Shown here piece by piece: positions 19,578-32,680 of a stretch of 64,000 nucleotides of DNA. Under the pieces are notes generated by a model that saw nothing but the letters and a program-made list of their open reading frames with translations, was not told the DNA's origin and made no database searches. Each line of letters begins with the position of its first letter. Position 1 is the stretch's first letter. A program made the translations under genes and the position numbers. Source of the stretch: an uncultured Methanosarcinaceae archaeon (GTDB lineage Archaea > Halobacteriota > Methanosarcinia > Methanosarcinales > Methanosarcinaceae); assembly GCA_963833425.1 (NCBI GenBank), contig CAWHXP010000004.1, forward strand, positions 1 through 64,000. Reading direction: 5' to 3'.

Positions 19578-19982
19578 ACAGATACAACCGCAGTAAGCTC
19601 AGAGCCTGTTGTTGTTTAAGAGAAGAACATAGATCTGAAGAACACGGACTTGAAGGACATGGACTTGAAGGAAAAGAAAAAGGAAATGAAGACTGAAAAG
19701 AAGACAGATACAACCGCAATAAGCTCAGAACCTGTTATTGTTAAAGAGAAGAATATAGACATGAAGAACACGGACTTGAAGGAAAAGAAGAAGGAAATAA
19801 AGAAGGGAATGAAGAAAGAAAAGCTGGACAGGGAAATTGAGAAAAAGGAAACGAAGCTGAAGGATAAGATTAAGGACCTGGAAATGGAGAAAAAAAAGAA
19901 GACAGAAAAGTTGGAAAGGGAAATTGAGAGAAAGGAAACGAAGCTGAAGAACAAGATTAAAGACCTGGAAATGAAGAAGTAG
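19578..19982 (+). pseudogene. Lys/Glu-rich repetitive coiled-coil protein fragment
   Basis: Duplicated DTTA.SSEPV.VKEKNID.KNTDLK and EKL.REIE.KETKLK.KIKDLEM; TAA in the first repeat. Confidence 0.55.
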
Positions 19983-20094
19983 CAAACGAACAATATGTAA
20001 ATGAAGTATATAGATTAAGATATTGAAACTGACGGTGGCTAGTACTAATCTGCGATGCATAGACAAATTAATTATCTAACAAACTACATAAATA

Positions 20095-20230
20095 ATATTT
20101 TATTATTGTTAATTTCATGTTGATATTTGGAATCTCCATGTATATTCTGAAATGGTTGGCCACCTAGTTTCCATGGAAATGATGATATTCCTTAAGGCAA
20201 TCGATATTGTCCTATTTTTTTATTGAGTCT
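20095..20230. repeat. ~135-bp dispersed repeat, copy 2
   Basis: Collinear with 16189-16325. Confidence 0.7.
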
Positions 20231-20521
20231 TTCTAATTCTATGCATAGATTTTGTATCTAAAACCACTATATTTTTTCAAATTTTAGCCTAAATGATAGT
20301 ACATTTTGTATATGAATTTAAGAGAAATACATATGTTTTGTTAAAATCAATTGATAATTACTAACTAAAAGCTTACTGTCAAATTGAAATAAAGCTCCAT
20401 CTTGGATCATAGGAAACTCGCATGTAGTAATAAAAATGATAACTAAAAAAATTAGGGTACAGAGCAGATTTTACAGAAAATTATTCACACTGCCATATAC
20501 TTTGGAAAAAATATACCAGCT

Positions 20522-21229
20522 CTAAAGTAAAAGCCCTTTTGCAATTTCAAGATCATTTTGAGTTTCTGCGTAGTCAACTGGATATTTTTCAATTGTATAT
20601 ACTTCTAGAGCTTTTTGGTAAAAATCAATAGCATACTGAGCATTTACTTCCATGTCTCTAACACCAGCTAAACGACTATATGCATTTCCAAGATAACTTT
20701 GAGTTTTTGCATAGTGAACTGGATACTTTTCAAGTGTGTATACTTCTAGAACTTTTTGTAAGGCACTAATAGCATTTTGAGCAGTTACTTCTGTATTCCT
20801 AACACGAGCTAACGGACAATATGCAGCTCCAATATTAATTTGAGTTCTTGCATATTCAACTGGATATTTATCAAGTGTGTATACTTCTAGAGCTGTTTGG
20901 TAGGCATTAATAGCGTGTTGAGCATTTACTTCTGCATCTTTAACATCAGTTAAATAACAATATGCATTTCCAAGATTGCTTTGAGCCGATGCATATTCAT
21001 TAGGAAATTTATTGTGTGATAATTCTAAAATCTTGTCATATTTAACAATTGCTTCTTTAAATTGGCCTGTTTTCAAAAGATTATCTGCTTGAAGAAAATC
21101 AGAATCAATATCATTTTTTATTTTTTTCTTATCATACCACGGCAAAAGTATTAAATATGTAACTAACACCGCTAAAAGTCCTACAATTAGTTGTTCAATA
21201 TAATCCTTAATTGTGTCAAATACTTGCAT
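20522..21229 (-). CDS. membrane-anchored TPR-repeat protein
   Basis: N-terminal TM helix; ~45-aa repeats YA.TQ.NLGNAY...AI.AYQ.ALEVYT.EKYP. Confidence 0.85.
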   Translation of the reverse strand: MQVFDTIKDYIEQLIVGLLAVLVTYLILLPWYDKKKIKNDIDSDFLQADNLLKTGQFKEAIVKYDKILELSHNKFPNEYASAQSNLGNAYCYLTDVKDAEVNAQHAINAYQTALEVYTLDKYPVEYARTQINIGAAYCPLARVRNTEVTAQNAISALQKVLEVYTLEKYPVHYAKTQSYLGNAYSRLAGVRDMEVNAQYAIDFYQKALEVYTIEKYPVDYAETQNDLEIAKGLLL

Positions 21230-21747
21230 ATAATTTGTCTCATATACTGATACAATTTATGTTTTTAAAATACTGGAAACACTCAAATGTTGGTGAATGT
21301 CAATAATTCTTTCAAACTCAATTTCTCATCGATAAACGGACTACCTAAATTTTATTTAAACAGTTTATGATCCTAAATTTATTTTTAGTAGAGCATAATA
21401 CTAGTATGTTTTGTTCCTTATTTAAGTATGAATTAATTATATGTAGGATTATATAAATGAAGGTGATTTTGTAATTAGCTTTAAAGTCTGAACTCCCTTA
21501 TGAAGGAAAAATAGCTGAAAAATGAGACAATATTTAGTATCAGATTGGAAATGGAAATGTATTTCTCGACACTATTGAGCTTGTTATTTAGACTCACATG
21601 TTCGAGAATATAGCTACATACATGAATCTAGAGATAAGAGTAGGATCTATCCTATGATTTTTTTATAAAATAAGCAACCTTAACCAGATAGTAACCATTT
21701 ACATACGGTCAAACAGAAATTCAGAACATGAATAGATATTTTTACAA

Positions 21748-21896
21748 GGTTCTGTTGCAAAAAATCTGGTTATTTTACAAAACCATTGAAAAACATCACA
21801 AATCGGATATTTATACACTCTAAACAGATCAATAATTATACAAAAAGCAATAGTCCTAGCCTAAAAAGGAAGTAAAATTATTTTTGCAACAGAACC
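21748..21896. mobile_element. IS6-type MITE (149 bp)
   Basis: Perfect 16-bp TIRs GGTTCTGTTGCAAAAA / TTTTTGCAACAGAACC; non-coding interior. Confidence 0.85.
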
Positions 21897-22220
21897 CATC
21901 GATAATACTATAATCAACAATTTAAGGCTGGATCAATTATTTTTTTTGTATTATACCCACCTTAAATATATATTAATTATTATTACTCATATTTACGCTT
22001 TTTGAGTAATGTAATTCCGCGCTTTTAGTAAATTTGATCTGGAGCTCGGTTTGGAGCTTGTTTGAATATCTCCCTGGGCTGAAGTTGCAGGGGCCGGAGC
22101 TGGAATCGTTTAAGGTACTCCTCCGTATACTCAGTATGAGGGGCAAAACCATTGCACTGTAATCCAATAAAAGTGTTTTTCTGTTGTGTTGTTCCTTCTG
22201 CTCTCGGTAGTCTACAGATT

Positions 22221-22994
22221 CTATTGCTTTTCACGATTGGGAAATGCCAATTGCGGTCTCCGAATGATAAACGAGGAGTCGAGATTTTTTACCATTCTTC
22301 CGGCCATATCAGCAGGAATACCTATCGCCATCATTTCTGGAAGAAGGGAATGGTTCTGAGTGGGATCCTGCGGACCCACGAAAGCGGTGTCGTGCGGTGT
22401 TTTGTCAGCAAGACCCGCCGGAAATGTGATATATGTTGAACAGGCTGATCCCCATGGTATGACCACAGGTGAGAAAGGATCGTCCCGATCAAAGTGAATG
22501 AGCGCTGCCATATTCCTGATTTGTTCGGCTGTGCCAAAGCAGCACAGGGATCTGATAGCAGGCTCAGGATCTGGAAGGGTTTCACAGTCCTGAACGACAA
22601 GATATTTTCCCAGTGGATGGATCGGTCCAGCCGCCAACATACAGCGTTCTACAAGCTCCGGATCTGACTTCAGGTATTCAGCTGCTCCGCCACGAATATC
22701 TTTCCTGCCGGTCGATATAAAATACTTGATTTCATCAGGTACCGGAGTATATCCCACGTGGTAGAGTCCACCAAGGCAGCAATTTTCACTTGTGTTGTCA
22801 CTGACATAAATTGCTGATACCTCGTTTCCTGTGGCCATCCGGTACAGGGAAACAGCAAAGCATCGATTCACTACGGTCATCGGGGAAATATCTACTGGCA
22901 GGACTTCCGATCCGTATACTGCAAGAGGGCGGGTCGAAAGCCTGAATGCTGCCTTCAGCTTTGCCCCTATTTCCCTGAAATCTGTGTCTGTCAT
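22221..22994 (-). CDS. DUF169-family protein
   Basis: L.TRPLAVY, C..GLYHVGY, PWGSACST, A.VGPQDP, MAIGIP pattern. Confidence 0.75.
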   Translation of the reverse strand: MTDTDFREIGAKLKAAFRLSTRPLAVYGSEVLPVDISPMTVVNRCFAVSLYRMATGNEVSAIYVSDNTSENCCLGGLYHVGYTPVPDEIKYFISTGRKDIRGGAAEYLKSDPELVERCMLAAGPIHPLGKYLVVQDCETLPDPEPAIRSLCCFGTAEQIRNMAALIHFDRDDPFSPVVIPWGSACSTYITFPAGLADKTPHDTAFVGPQDPTQNHSLLPEMMAIGIPADMAGRMVKNLDSSFIIRRPQLAFPNREKQ

Positions 22995-23006
22995 GATCAC
23001 TGCACT

Positions 23007-23519
23007 TCATGCTCTCAGCGAGCTCTTTTCAAATCTGGCGTCGAATATACCATCTTTTGACTTCTCTTCCGTTTCCTCAAAGAGCGAAAATGGCATAGCA
23101 GACGTTAACATGTTCTTTGGGATGATTTTTTTTCCACGTTCGCCCGTGTGGCAAGGTCCACCTACCCAAAGTATTGCCCGTGGATATACTGCACTGTAGC
23201 GAACTAGGTCTCTGAGTTCTCACTACTCTTTTTACCCCTTACTAAGAATGCTGACATTATTCAACACCATCACAACTGAATGAATCTCAATAGCTGTTTC
23301 CAAAGCCAAGCTTTGCACAGGCACTGGGAAACCACGATTCTCCCGGTCAAACAGTGTTGTCTTTCTCTCCATTGTAACCTGTGCAAAAAAATGGCATGTT
23401 GCATGACTGTCAGTGTGTTTTGATGCAGTGCTTCTTCGGGTTTTGCATTGCTCCAGAGAATTGCCACAGGTTCATGGTCAAGCAAGAGCTTTTTTACGGT
23501 TATACTCTTATTTCGTTCA
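23007..23519 (-). pseudogene. DUF169-family pseudogene
   Basis: LDHEPVAILWSN.KPEEAL start and SAMPFSLFEE.E end; multiple frameshifts and deletions. Confidence 0.6.
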
Positions 23520-23784
23520 TATGTTAATTTACCATTTTATCTGACGCACTAATATATTCATGGTCGAACCGTTAAATGTTCTATTTCACCGACTGGCAGA
23601 AATATGCTATACCCTGCCTGTGAGTGATAGGTTGTTTCTCCTATATTCCTTAAGGAAACAAGTTTTCTTTGGTAATCTATCCATCGTCAAGAAGGCGTTA
23701 TTAGTGGCTAAAGCCTTCCGCTTCACCATGGTTAACGTGGTTAACTCTCATTATTTATATTACTTGTACACTTTCATCCTGTTA

Positions 23785-24789
23785 TTATAGTCTTAGGAGG
23801 AGCTCTGCGTTTCCATGTGCTATCTTATTCTTGTCCACAGGGCTCACAGGGAGTTGATCCAGGAAGTTGCGTGCTTGCGCCATCGGGCTATAGGGGTAAT
23901 CGGCAGAGAACATTATCCTGTCGGCTCCGACTTGAAGATACAGGTTGAGGAACGTCGGAGTAAAGTTGAAACCGCTGAACGTATAGTAAATATTATCTCG
24001 GAGGTAGTCTGCAACAGGATGATTAAGCTTCGTTACGTTTGGAGATAAAACTTTGTCGATTCTGGGCATCATAAACGGGAGAGCCTCACCCATGTGGCCA
24101 ATCACTATCTGAAGGCCCGGAAACTGGTCGAAAGCTCCACTGACAATAAGGCGGAGAATATGGACCGCTGTCTCGATATGCCAGCCCCATGCAGCCCTGG
24201 ATAACCCGCTTGTCACCTCTGGTGAGAAGCCTGCATAGTAAGCCTCAATCACTGGTTCCGGTGGCAGTGTTGGATGGATGTAGAGTGGAACCTTGAGCGC
24301 TTCAGCCCGCTCCAGGATCGGCCAAAAGAATTTGTCATCCAAATAGCGGCCTCGTGTGTGGCCGTTGATATTTCCTCCTTTGAAGCCATGTTCATTAACC
24401 ATGCGCTCCAGCTCCTCGGCAGCGATGTTGGGATCAGCGGTCGGTAGAGTGGCGAATCCAGCGAAACGCTTTGGATAACGCTGCATTGCCTCTACGAGAT
24501 AGTCGTTAGCTTCGCGAGCCAGCTCTACTGCTTCTGTTGCGTCGAGTTGCTGCACTGAGGGAGCGGTCAGAGACAATACCTGCACGTCGATACCTGCGGA
24601 ATCCATTTCTGCGATTCTCTTATCGCCGAGATCGGACAATTCTTCGATAATCTTCCCATAGCCAAAGTGCTCTGCCATCTTGACTTGTTCATTGAGCTTT
24701 CTTCCCGGGCCATCCAGAAATGCTGGGGTAGCATAGTGCTCTTCAAGAGTGATAGTTCGCATCATTTCGCGATTATCAAGTTTTTCCAT
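23785..24789 (-). CDS. amidohydrolase-2 family protein (metal-dependent decarboxylase-like)
   Basis: ITLEEH, MDSAGIDVQVLS, PLYIHP, IGHMGE, MFSADYPY. Confidence 0.9.
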   Translation of the reverse strand: MEKLDNREMMRTITLEEHYATPAFLDGPGRKLNEQVKMAEHFGYGKIIEELSDLGDKRIAEMDSAGIDVQVLSLTAPSVQQLDATEAVELAREANDYLVEAMQRYPKRFAGFATLPTADPNIAAEELERMVNEHGFKGGNINGHTRGRYLDDKFFWPILERAEALKVPLYIHPTLPPEPVIEAYYAGFSPEVTSGLSRAAWGWHIETAVHILRLIVSGAFDQFPGLQIVIGHMGEALPFMMPRIDKVLSPNVTKLNHPVADYLRDNIYYTFSGFNFTPTFLNLYLQVGADRIMFSADYPYSPMAQARNFLDQLPVSPVDKNKIAHGNAELLLRL

Positions 24790-25447
24790 AATCATTATTC
24801 CTTGTAAAATCCTTAAATAATTTCTCATTGATATTTGTTTAGGAGAACTAGAACGTTTTATTACCCTACCAACCAAAAAATCTGATGCCTGCCTATACCA
24901 GGATAGTTTATTGAGTGACTTCACCAACTCTTTATTTAGATCGAAAGGAAAGTAGGGAACATGAAAATCAATTTTGAAATAAGCCGTTTCATATATTGAT
25001 ACTCTATAAGAAAACGGCTAACAATCAAAAAAATATATTTAAATGATCAAGATAAATAAAGTCGGAACAGTTGTTTATAGAGACTTTCAAGAATGATTCA
25101 GCTATTAATACGTTTCGTACAACCATAAAAAATATTAGAAATTGGAACAAGTATAGATTATTCAACAGTATATGTGGCTACATTAACTAAGGATGTCGAA
25201 ATTCTCAGACACGATACCCATGGATTGACTCTTAGCAATGGTATCAAGCTGATATAATGGCCTCAAATATTTACGGTTTTATATGTCGGTCTGATACTCC
25301 GATCAAAATACAAAATGATAATGGTTTTTACAGCACCATTGGAACACAAAAACCTAAAAGTTTCTACTTTGCCAACTGTGAAGCTTAATTTTATGTTCAT
25401 CAATGGATTTTTGGCACTGAGTCTCATAAATACCAATTTTACAATAA

Positions 25448-26083
25448 TCAGCGTCGCGCAGACAATGCATAAATTGCATAGAGTGACACAAATTTAGTAT
25501 TGAACTCTATCGTTTTCAGTTCTTGTATGTCAAAATAAGGTGAAAAAAGATCATGTATTTCGGATTCCAAAGAGAAATACAGTACTGTCCCAAGATGAGT
25601 TTTCCGGAATTTACCCACACCGTCAAACTGTGGATCCTTCTCAGAAAAACAGACTGAAAAGTACTGTGCTCCTGGCTTCAAAATATTATACACATTTTTT
25701 ACATATTTTTCTCGGTCTTCTGGAAATATATGGTGCAAAAAATCCCAGTCGTAGCCAAAATCAAATGTCTTTTTTACTTCATGCAGGTCACCTAGAAGAT
25801 CAGCGACAATAAACTTGCACTTGACTCCTTGTTTGTGTGCGTTTTCGTTAGCGATCTTTATTGTGGTGGGGAAACTATCGACACCTATTACCTCAAATCC
25901 CTGCCCTGCTAGGTATATTGCATAGTTACCAGCGCCACAACCGAGATCAATCGTCTTGCAGGGCCGGATTTTCCCACTTTGCACAGCTCAACAAGCTTAT
26001 CTGGGGGTGTCTCACTATTCCAGGGAATTTTATCGAGCGGTACTGTCTGGTAAATTCTGTCGACATCGAAGTACTTAATGCAT
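25448..26083 (-). pseudogene. class I SAM-dependent methyltransferase, 5' frameshifted
   Basis: IDLGCGAG motif I; upstream IYQTVPLDKIPWNSETPPDKLVE lies in another frame. Confidence 0.75.
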
Positions 26084-26118
26084 GATACCCCCGTGAAACG
26101 ATCTAATGTCTCTACTTA

Positions 26119-28311
<2,193 letters not shown>

Positions 28312-28331
<20 letters not shown>

Positions 28332-29451
28332 AGAGCATCCCCTTAAACAATCGAGAGCGGAGGAGATCTTTGTTCTCAAGTGCCTGTCTGACTAGAGCGG
28401 AGATGTTCCTAATTCCCCGGAAGCCGTACTGGGGCTGAAACGATGGGTTCATGAGTGTTAAGTTCACCACTGGACAGGGAGGAAACCGGCCTGAATTCCC
28501 AAAGAAGATAGGGTTATCATATTCCTTAACAATCGCCTCTAGCTCGGCCTCGGTCTCTTTGGACGATCGAAGGCTCCCTAGCCGGAAGAGTCCTTTTGTC
28601 AGAATAATCTCCGGGTTAACCCCGGTTTCCAGGAGAAACTTGATGCTGGGCATACGTTCCTTGATTGTATATGGATGGACGTTGATCACGACAGGATGGG
28701 CACCAAACTCTGCTGCCATCAGTGCATGGAAAGCGCTCGTATAGGCCCTGGAAATTCCGATATTTCTACAATAGCCGTTTTTTCGGAGAGAGCCTGTCTT
28801 AAATATGTAATTCCCGGTTCTACTTCCTGCATCTCTCGTTTAATCACTTTAATAGCTGCTGCCTCCATGCCAAGAGGTGTTGCCACGCCAAGCAGCCATT
28901 CCTTAGTAGCCTCAGGGCCGTAGGGCTGCCCAGTCTGGCTGTAAGGAATGCCGAAAACCGTTCTTGCATCAAGTCACCCAGCTTCTGTCCCCAGTCAAAG
29001 CACCCGGCAGCCAACCAACTTCTCTGCCTCGCGAGCAATGCTTTCGACGTCATCACCGATGATCCCGGAGCAGCAGCAAGAGAGAATGACGATGAGATTG
29101 GGTGGTACTTAGCGTATGCTTCCTTTACTGCTTCCAGTAGTTTTCCCTCACCCCCGTATGACATAGCTTTCGTCTAGCGAGGTGCAAGCTGTGGGTTCTA
29201 ATGGAACTCCACGGATCTCGCAGCATTCCCGTGTCCTTACAAAATCTGACATGTACAGCGGACACCCGGTCGGACCGTGGACCAGGGGAACTACATGACG
29301 GATCCCGCTGATGACGTAATAGGCTGTAAAAAAATTTGCACATTGGAGAGTGGGAAGCCTGAAGCTTGGGGATCATCTCTCCAGTTTCCACTTTTTCCAT
29401 TAACTGCTGCAGATTACCGTGAAAAACTATGAAATCCTTTTCCTGTTTCAC
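28312..29451 (-). pseudogene. nitrogenase component-1-like alpha (D-like) subunit, frameshifted and internally deleted
   Basis: PMCKF, PLVHGPTGC, SYGGEGKLLEAVKEA, SCCSGIIGDDVE, PYG.EAT.EWL, PQYGFRG fragments. Confidence 0.8.
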
Positions 29452-29642
29452 AAATTCTCCATGTCGAGTGTTGATAAATATTTTTTTGAGTCCAAGATGA
29501 AGGAAACCCTAAATACAGAAATGTAGATTTAGGATGAATTCAACCAAACAAGATCATTTTTGGCAAAAATGGTATTCCACTATGAGATTATTTTTTTTTC
29601 GTTAATTTCAGATGTCTTCGCCAGTTAAAATTTTTTGATTTC

Positions 29643-30422
29643 TCATTCGTTAAACGTTCTGTAAAGATAGTTTGCGATTATCTGGAATATTAGGATGAAG
29701 ATCAATAGCATTATCATGTCCATAAGCGGGGGAAATAGCGATTTATCAGTATATGCATACTCGATCAGATCACTTCCATATGTAAGCGGTGATATAAGTG
29801 CGATTTTCTGACCTATTTGAGGCATAGAAGATATTGGGACGAAGACACCCGAGATAAAGATCAGCGGTAGCCTCACTGTATTAAGCATAGACATAACCTC
29901 ACCCACATTCTCTGTAGGATATGCAGCGAACAGTGTTCCAAGCGTAGCAAAACAGAATGCTGTGAGGATCATGGAAATCACAAGGACAGTTGTATGTACA
30001 ATAGTTGTACCGAAGAAGGTCACACCAATGACCAGAGGAAGACATGCTATGCCGAGACTATAAAAAAATCCACTCAGGCTCTCACCTGATACCAACGAAT
30101 ACAATGAAATAGGTGCCGATAGCAAACGTTCAAAAGTTTTTACTCGCCTTTCGATAGGTATTGAAACTGGCTCTATTGATGAAGCCGAAAACAAGAGAGT
30201 AATCGAGATCAGCCCCGGGATAAGGGTGCCTGGAGCTGTGTTCTTTCCAATAGCAAAAGCTAGGAACATAAAAAGCGGAAAGAATATACCGGAAACGATG
30301 ATATTTGGCTTAAGGTAATAAATCCGCATGTCTTTTTTGGCGATTGCCCATGCAGCAGATATTTGGCAGGAAAGATGTTTTCCCCATCTCGCAGGTTTAA
30401 TCGATTGCATGGATTCCATCAC
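29643..30422 (-). CDS. ABC-2 type permease
   Basis: IERRVKTFERLLSAPIS, FISGVFVPISSMP, SPLTY. Confidence 0.9.
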   Translation of the reverse strand: MMESMQSIKPARWGKHLSCQISAAWAIAKKDMRIYYLKPNIIVSGIFFPLFMFLAFAIGKNTAPGTLIPGLISITLLFSASSIEPVSIPIERRVKTFERLLSAPISLYSLVSGESLSGFFYSLGIACLPLVIGVTFFGTTIVHTTVLVISMILTAFCFATLGTLFAAYPTENVGEVMSMLNTVRLPLIFISGVFVPISSMPQIGQKIALISPLTYGSDLIEYAYTDKSLFPPLMDMIMLLIFILIFQIIANYLYRTFNE

Positions 30423-31353
30423 CAGCCCGCTGCAGACCAGTCAACTTTACAAATACATCCTCGAGGCTAGGTCCTAGAGTAGTGATACTGATTATTTTAA
30501 GATCATGCATGTGAGCATAAGCTACTACGGCATCAATAACTTCAGCTGGATCTTCAGTATAAAGCTTAAACTTGTCACCTTTTTTTTGTGCGTCATTAAC
30601 CATGGAAAAACGGCTTAATGCGCCCAGGTGATCAATATCGTTATGGTCAAAAGATACTTCTATGGACTGCGAACCTTTGATCGTCTTTTTCAGAGATTCC
30701 GGTGCATCGATTGCAATGATATTTCCTTTATTGATGATAGCCACCCGATCGCACATGACATTTGCCTCCTCAATATTGTGTGTAGTTAAAAAAACAGTGA
30801 CTCTGTTGAGGATTAGATCTGAGATCACTTCACGAATGATGAGATTACTCTGTACATCAAGCCCTGAGGTTGGTTCATCCAGGAACAGCAGACGCGGGCT
30901 ATTGACTAGCCCCATTGCAAGAGTCAGACGTCTTTTCATCCCCTTTGAAAAACCGTGCACTTTGTCATTGCGACGTTCGTATAACTCGAACTTTTTGAGC
31001 AATTCGTTTGCCTTTTTTTCTCTCTCATTTCGTCCGACATGATAGAGTTCAGCGGAGAACATCATGTTCTGCCATGCAGTCAGATCATCGTAAACGTTTG
31101 AATTTTCGGATACAATACCCATGGACTGTCGTGCATTGATGGTATCGTGCTCAATATCATGGCCAAAAATGGTTGCAGTTCCCGAAGTTGGTCTTGATAC
31201 GCCGGTCAAAATACGAATGGTAGTAGTTTTTCCGGCACCATTGGGACCCAAAAAACCAAAGGTTTCTCCTTCGCCAACTGAGAAACTGATATCATTGACC
31301 GCGGTGAGAGAGCCGAATTTTTTGATGAGATGAGATACTTCAATTGCTTGCAT
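30397..31353 (-). CDS. ABC transporter ATP-binding protein (DrrA-like)
   Basis: GPNGAGKTT, FSKGMKRR, LFLDEPTSGLD, TTH, PSLEDVF. Confidence 0.93.
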   Translation of the reverse strand: MQAIEVSHLIKKFGSLTAVNDISFSVGEGETFGFLGPNGAGKTTTIRILTGVSRPTSGTATIFGHDIEHDTINARQSMGIVSENSNVYDDLTAWQNMMFSAELYHVGRNEREKKANELLKKFELYERRNDKVHGFSKGMKRRLTLAMGLVNSPRLLFLDEPTSGLDVQSNLIIREVISDLILNRVTVFLTTHNIEEANVMCDRVAIINKGNIIAIDAPESLKKTIKGSQSIEVSFDHNDIDHLGALSRFSMVNDAQKKGDKFKLYTEDPAEVIDAVVAYAHMHDLKIISITTLGPSLEDVFVKLTGLQRAGDGIHAID

Positions 31354-31905
31354 ATAATGTCTTAACTCAAGTATATTTTTAATACTTAAATCAATTGGTA
31401 TAGATGCATAGCATTTTGGGACTTGAATAGTTGATATCCAAAATCATGCTCTGTCAATGCTCTAAATTGCACTGATCCCCCCTAATTAAAGATCATCATT
31501 TCGTACCTGCATTTTAAGTATAGATAATTCCGATAAACTTCTATGCTCATTTTTTTATGAAATTTTGAATTTTTGAATAAATAACTACATCAATTCTGAA
31601 CCAAATTAACCAATATATTCAAAGAAGTTTTCTATTTTTTCAAAGGCACTTAAATTTTTCATAATCTTTTAGTGTTTATTATTCCACCTTCTGTGAGGCA
31701 AAGGCAGAGATGCTACAATAAATAAATATATAGCGTTCATTACACTGAAAGCTTAATCATGAAGACATCACCCGTTAATGGTACTATCATTGCTTTTAGA
31801 AAGTAACGTAAGTGTAAGCAACATCTTCAAAAACAGTATTTACTTAGAACTATTCCAAATATTTTTATAGTTCTATTCTGTTTAAAGAATGAGAGGTATA
31901 ATGGA

Positions 31906-32463
31906 ATGAAAGTGATAGGTATTGTAGGAAGTCCCCGCAAAAATGGAAACACGAACACTCTTGTCCAGCAGGTTCTTGAAGGAGCGGTCGAAGCTGGGGC
32001 AGAGACTCGGACTTTTCTCCTCAACGAAATGAAATACAGTGGCTGTCAGGCCTGTGACTATTGTAAGTCACATGAGATGTGCAAACTTGAAGATGACATT
32101 GCAGAGCTTTTAAAAGAAATAGGAAAGGCTGATGGCGTTATTTTTGGGGCTCCTATTTATTTTGGTCAGTTTTCAGGTCAGATGAGGCTCTTCCTGGACC
32201 GCTGCTATTCTCTGGTAAATCCAGATCATTCTGCCCGCCTTCCATTTGGGAAAAAAGCCATAATTGTGGTAGCTCAGGGTATGCCTGATCCTGCAGCATA
32301 TAAAGGGGTCTATGAAGAATTCGGGGAACAAATTTCCCGTTTCATGGGAATGGATGTAAAGGATACTCTTGTTGCAGCTGGGTACCATACTCCAGAAGAA
32401 GTAAAGAATGATTCAGAGCTTATGAAAAAAGCGAAGGATGCAGGCCGGAACCTGCTCAATTAA
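31906..32463 (+). CDS. iron-sulfur flavoprotein (Isf)/NADPH-dependent FMN reductase family
   Basis: GSPRKNGNT; CQACDYC-X5-C; APIYFG. Confidence 0.9.
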   Translation: MKVIGIVGSPRKNGNTNTLVQQVLEGAVEAGAETRTFLLNEMKYSGCQACDYCKSHEMCKLEDDIAELLKEIGKADGVIFGAPIYFGQFSGQMRLFLDRCYSLVNPDHSARLPFGKKAIIVVAQGMPDPAAYKGVYEEFGEQISRFMGMDVKDTLVAAGYHTPEEVKNDSELMKKAKDAGRNLLN

Positions 32464-32680
32464 CGACAAATTGAAAAATAGTTAGAAGGAACCTGCGAGA
32501 CGTTTATCATTTAGATTTTTCTGGAATAGGTAAAGGGAGTCTTAACACGGATAATGCTATGTTTCAGACGATTGATTGTTTTATTGAAATACGGCATATT
32601 ATACAAAAACATAAACTCGAAAGTATGTGACGACCAATTAGTTATGTACTTTCTTCCCAATTGAGATAAAGGACAGAGTG

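Noticed and set aside
19616..20066. Phe/Ser/Leu-rich minus-strand ORFs
   Set aside because: Antisense shadows of the Lys/Glu-rich repeat
22025..22234. Short ORF with LRPLQLQP resembling LQHLELQP in 369..611
   Set aside because: Similarity is too short to establish a repeat or gene family by eye
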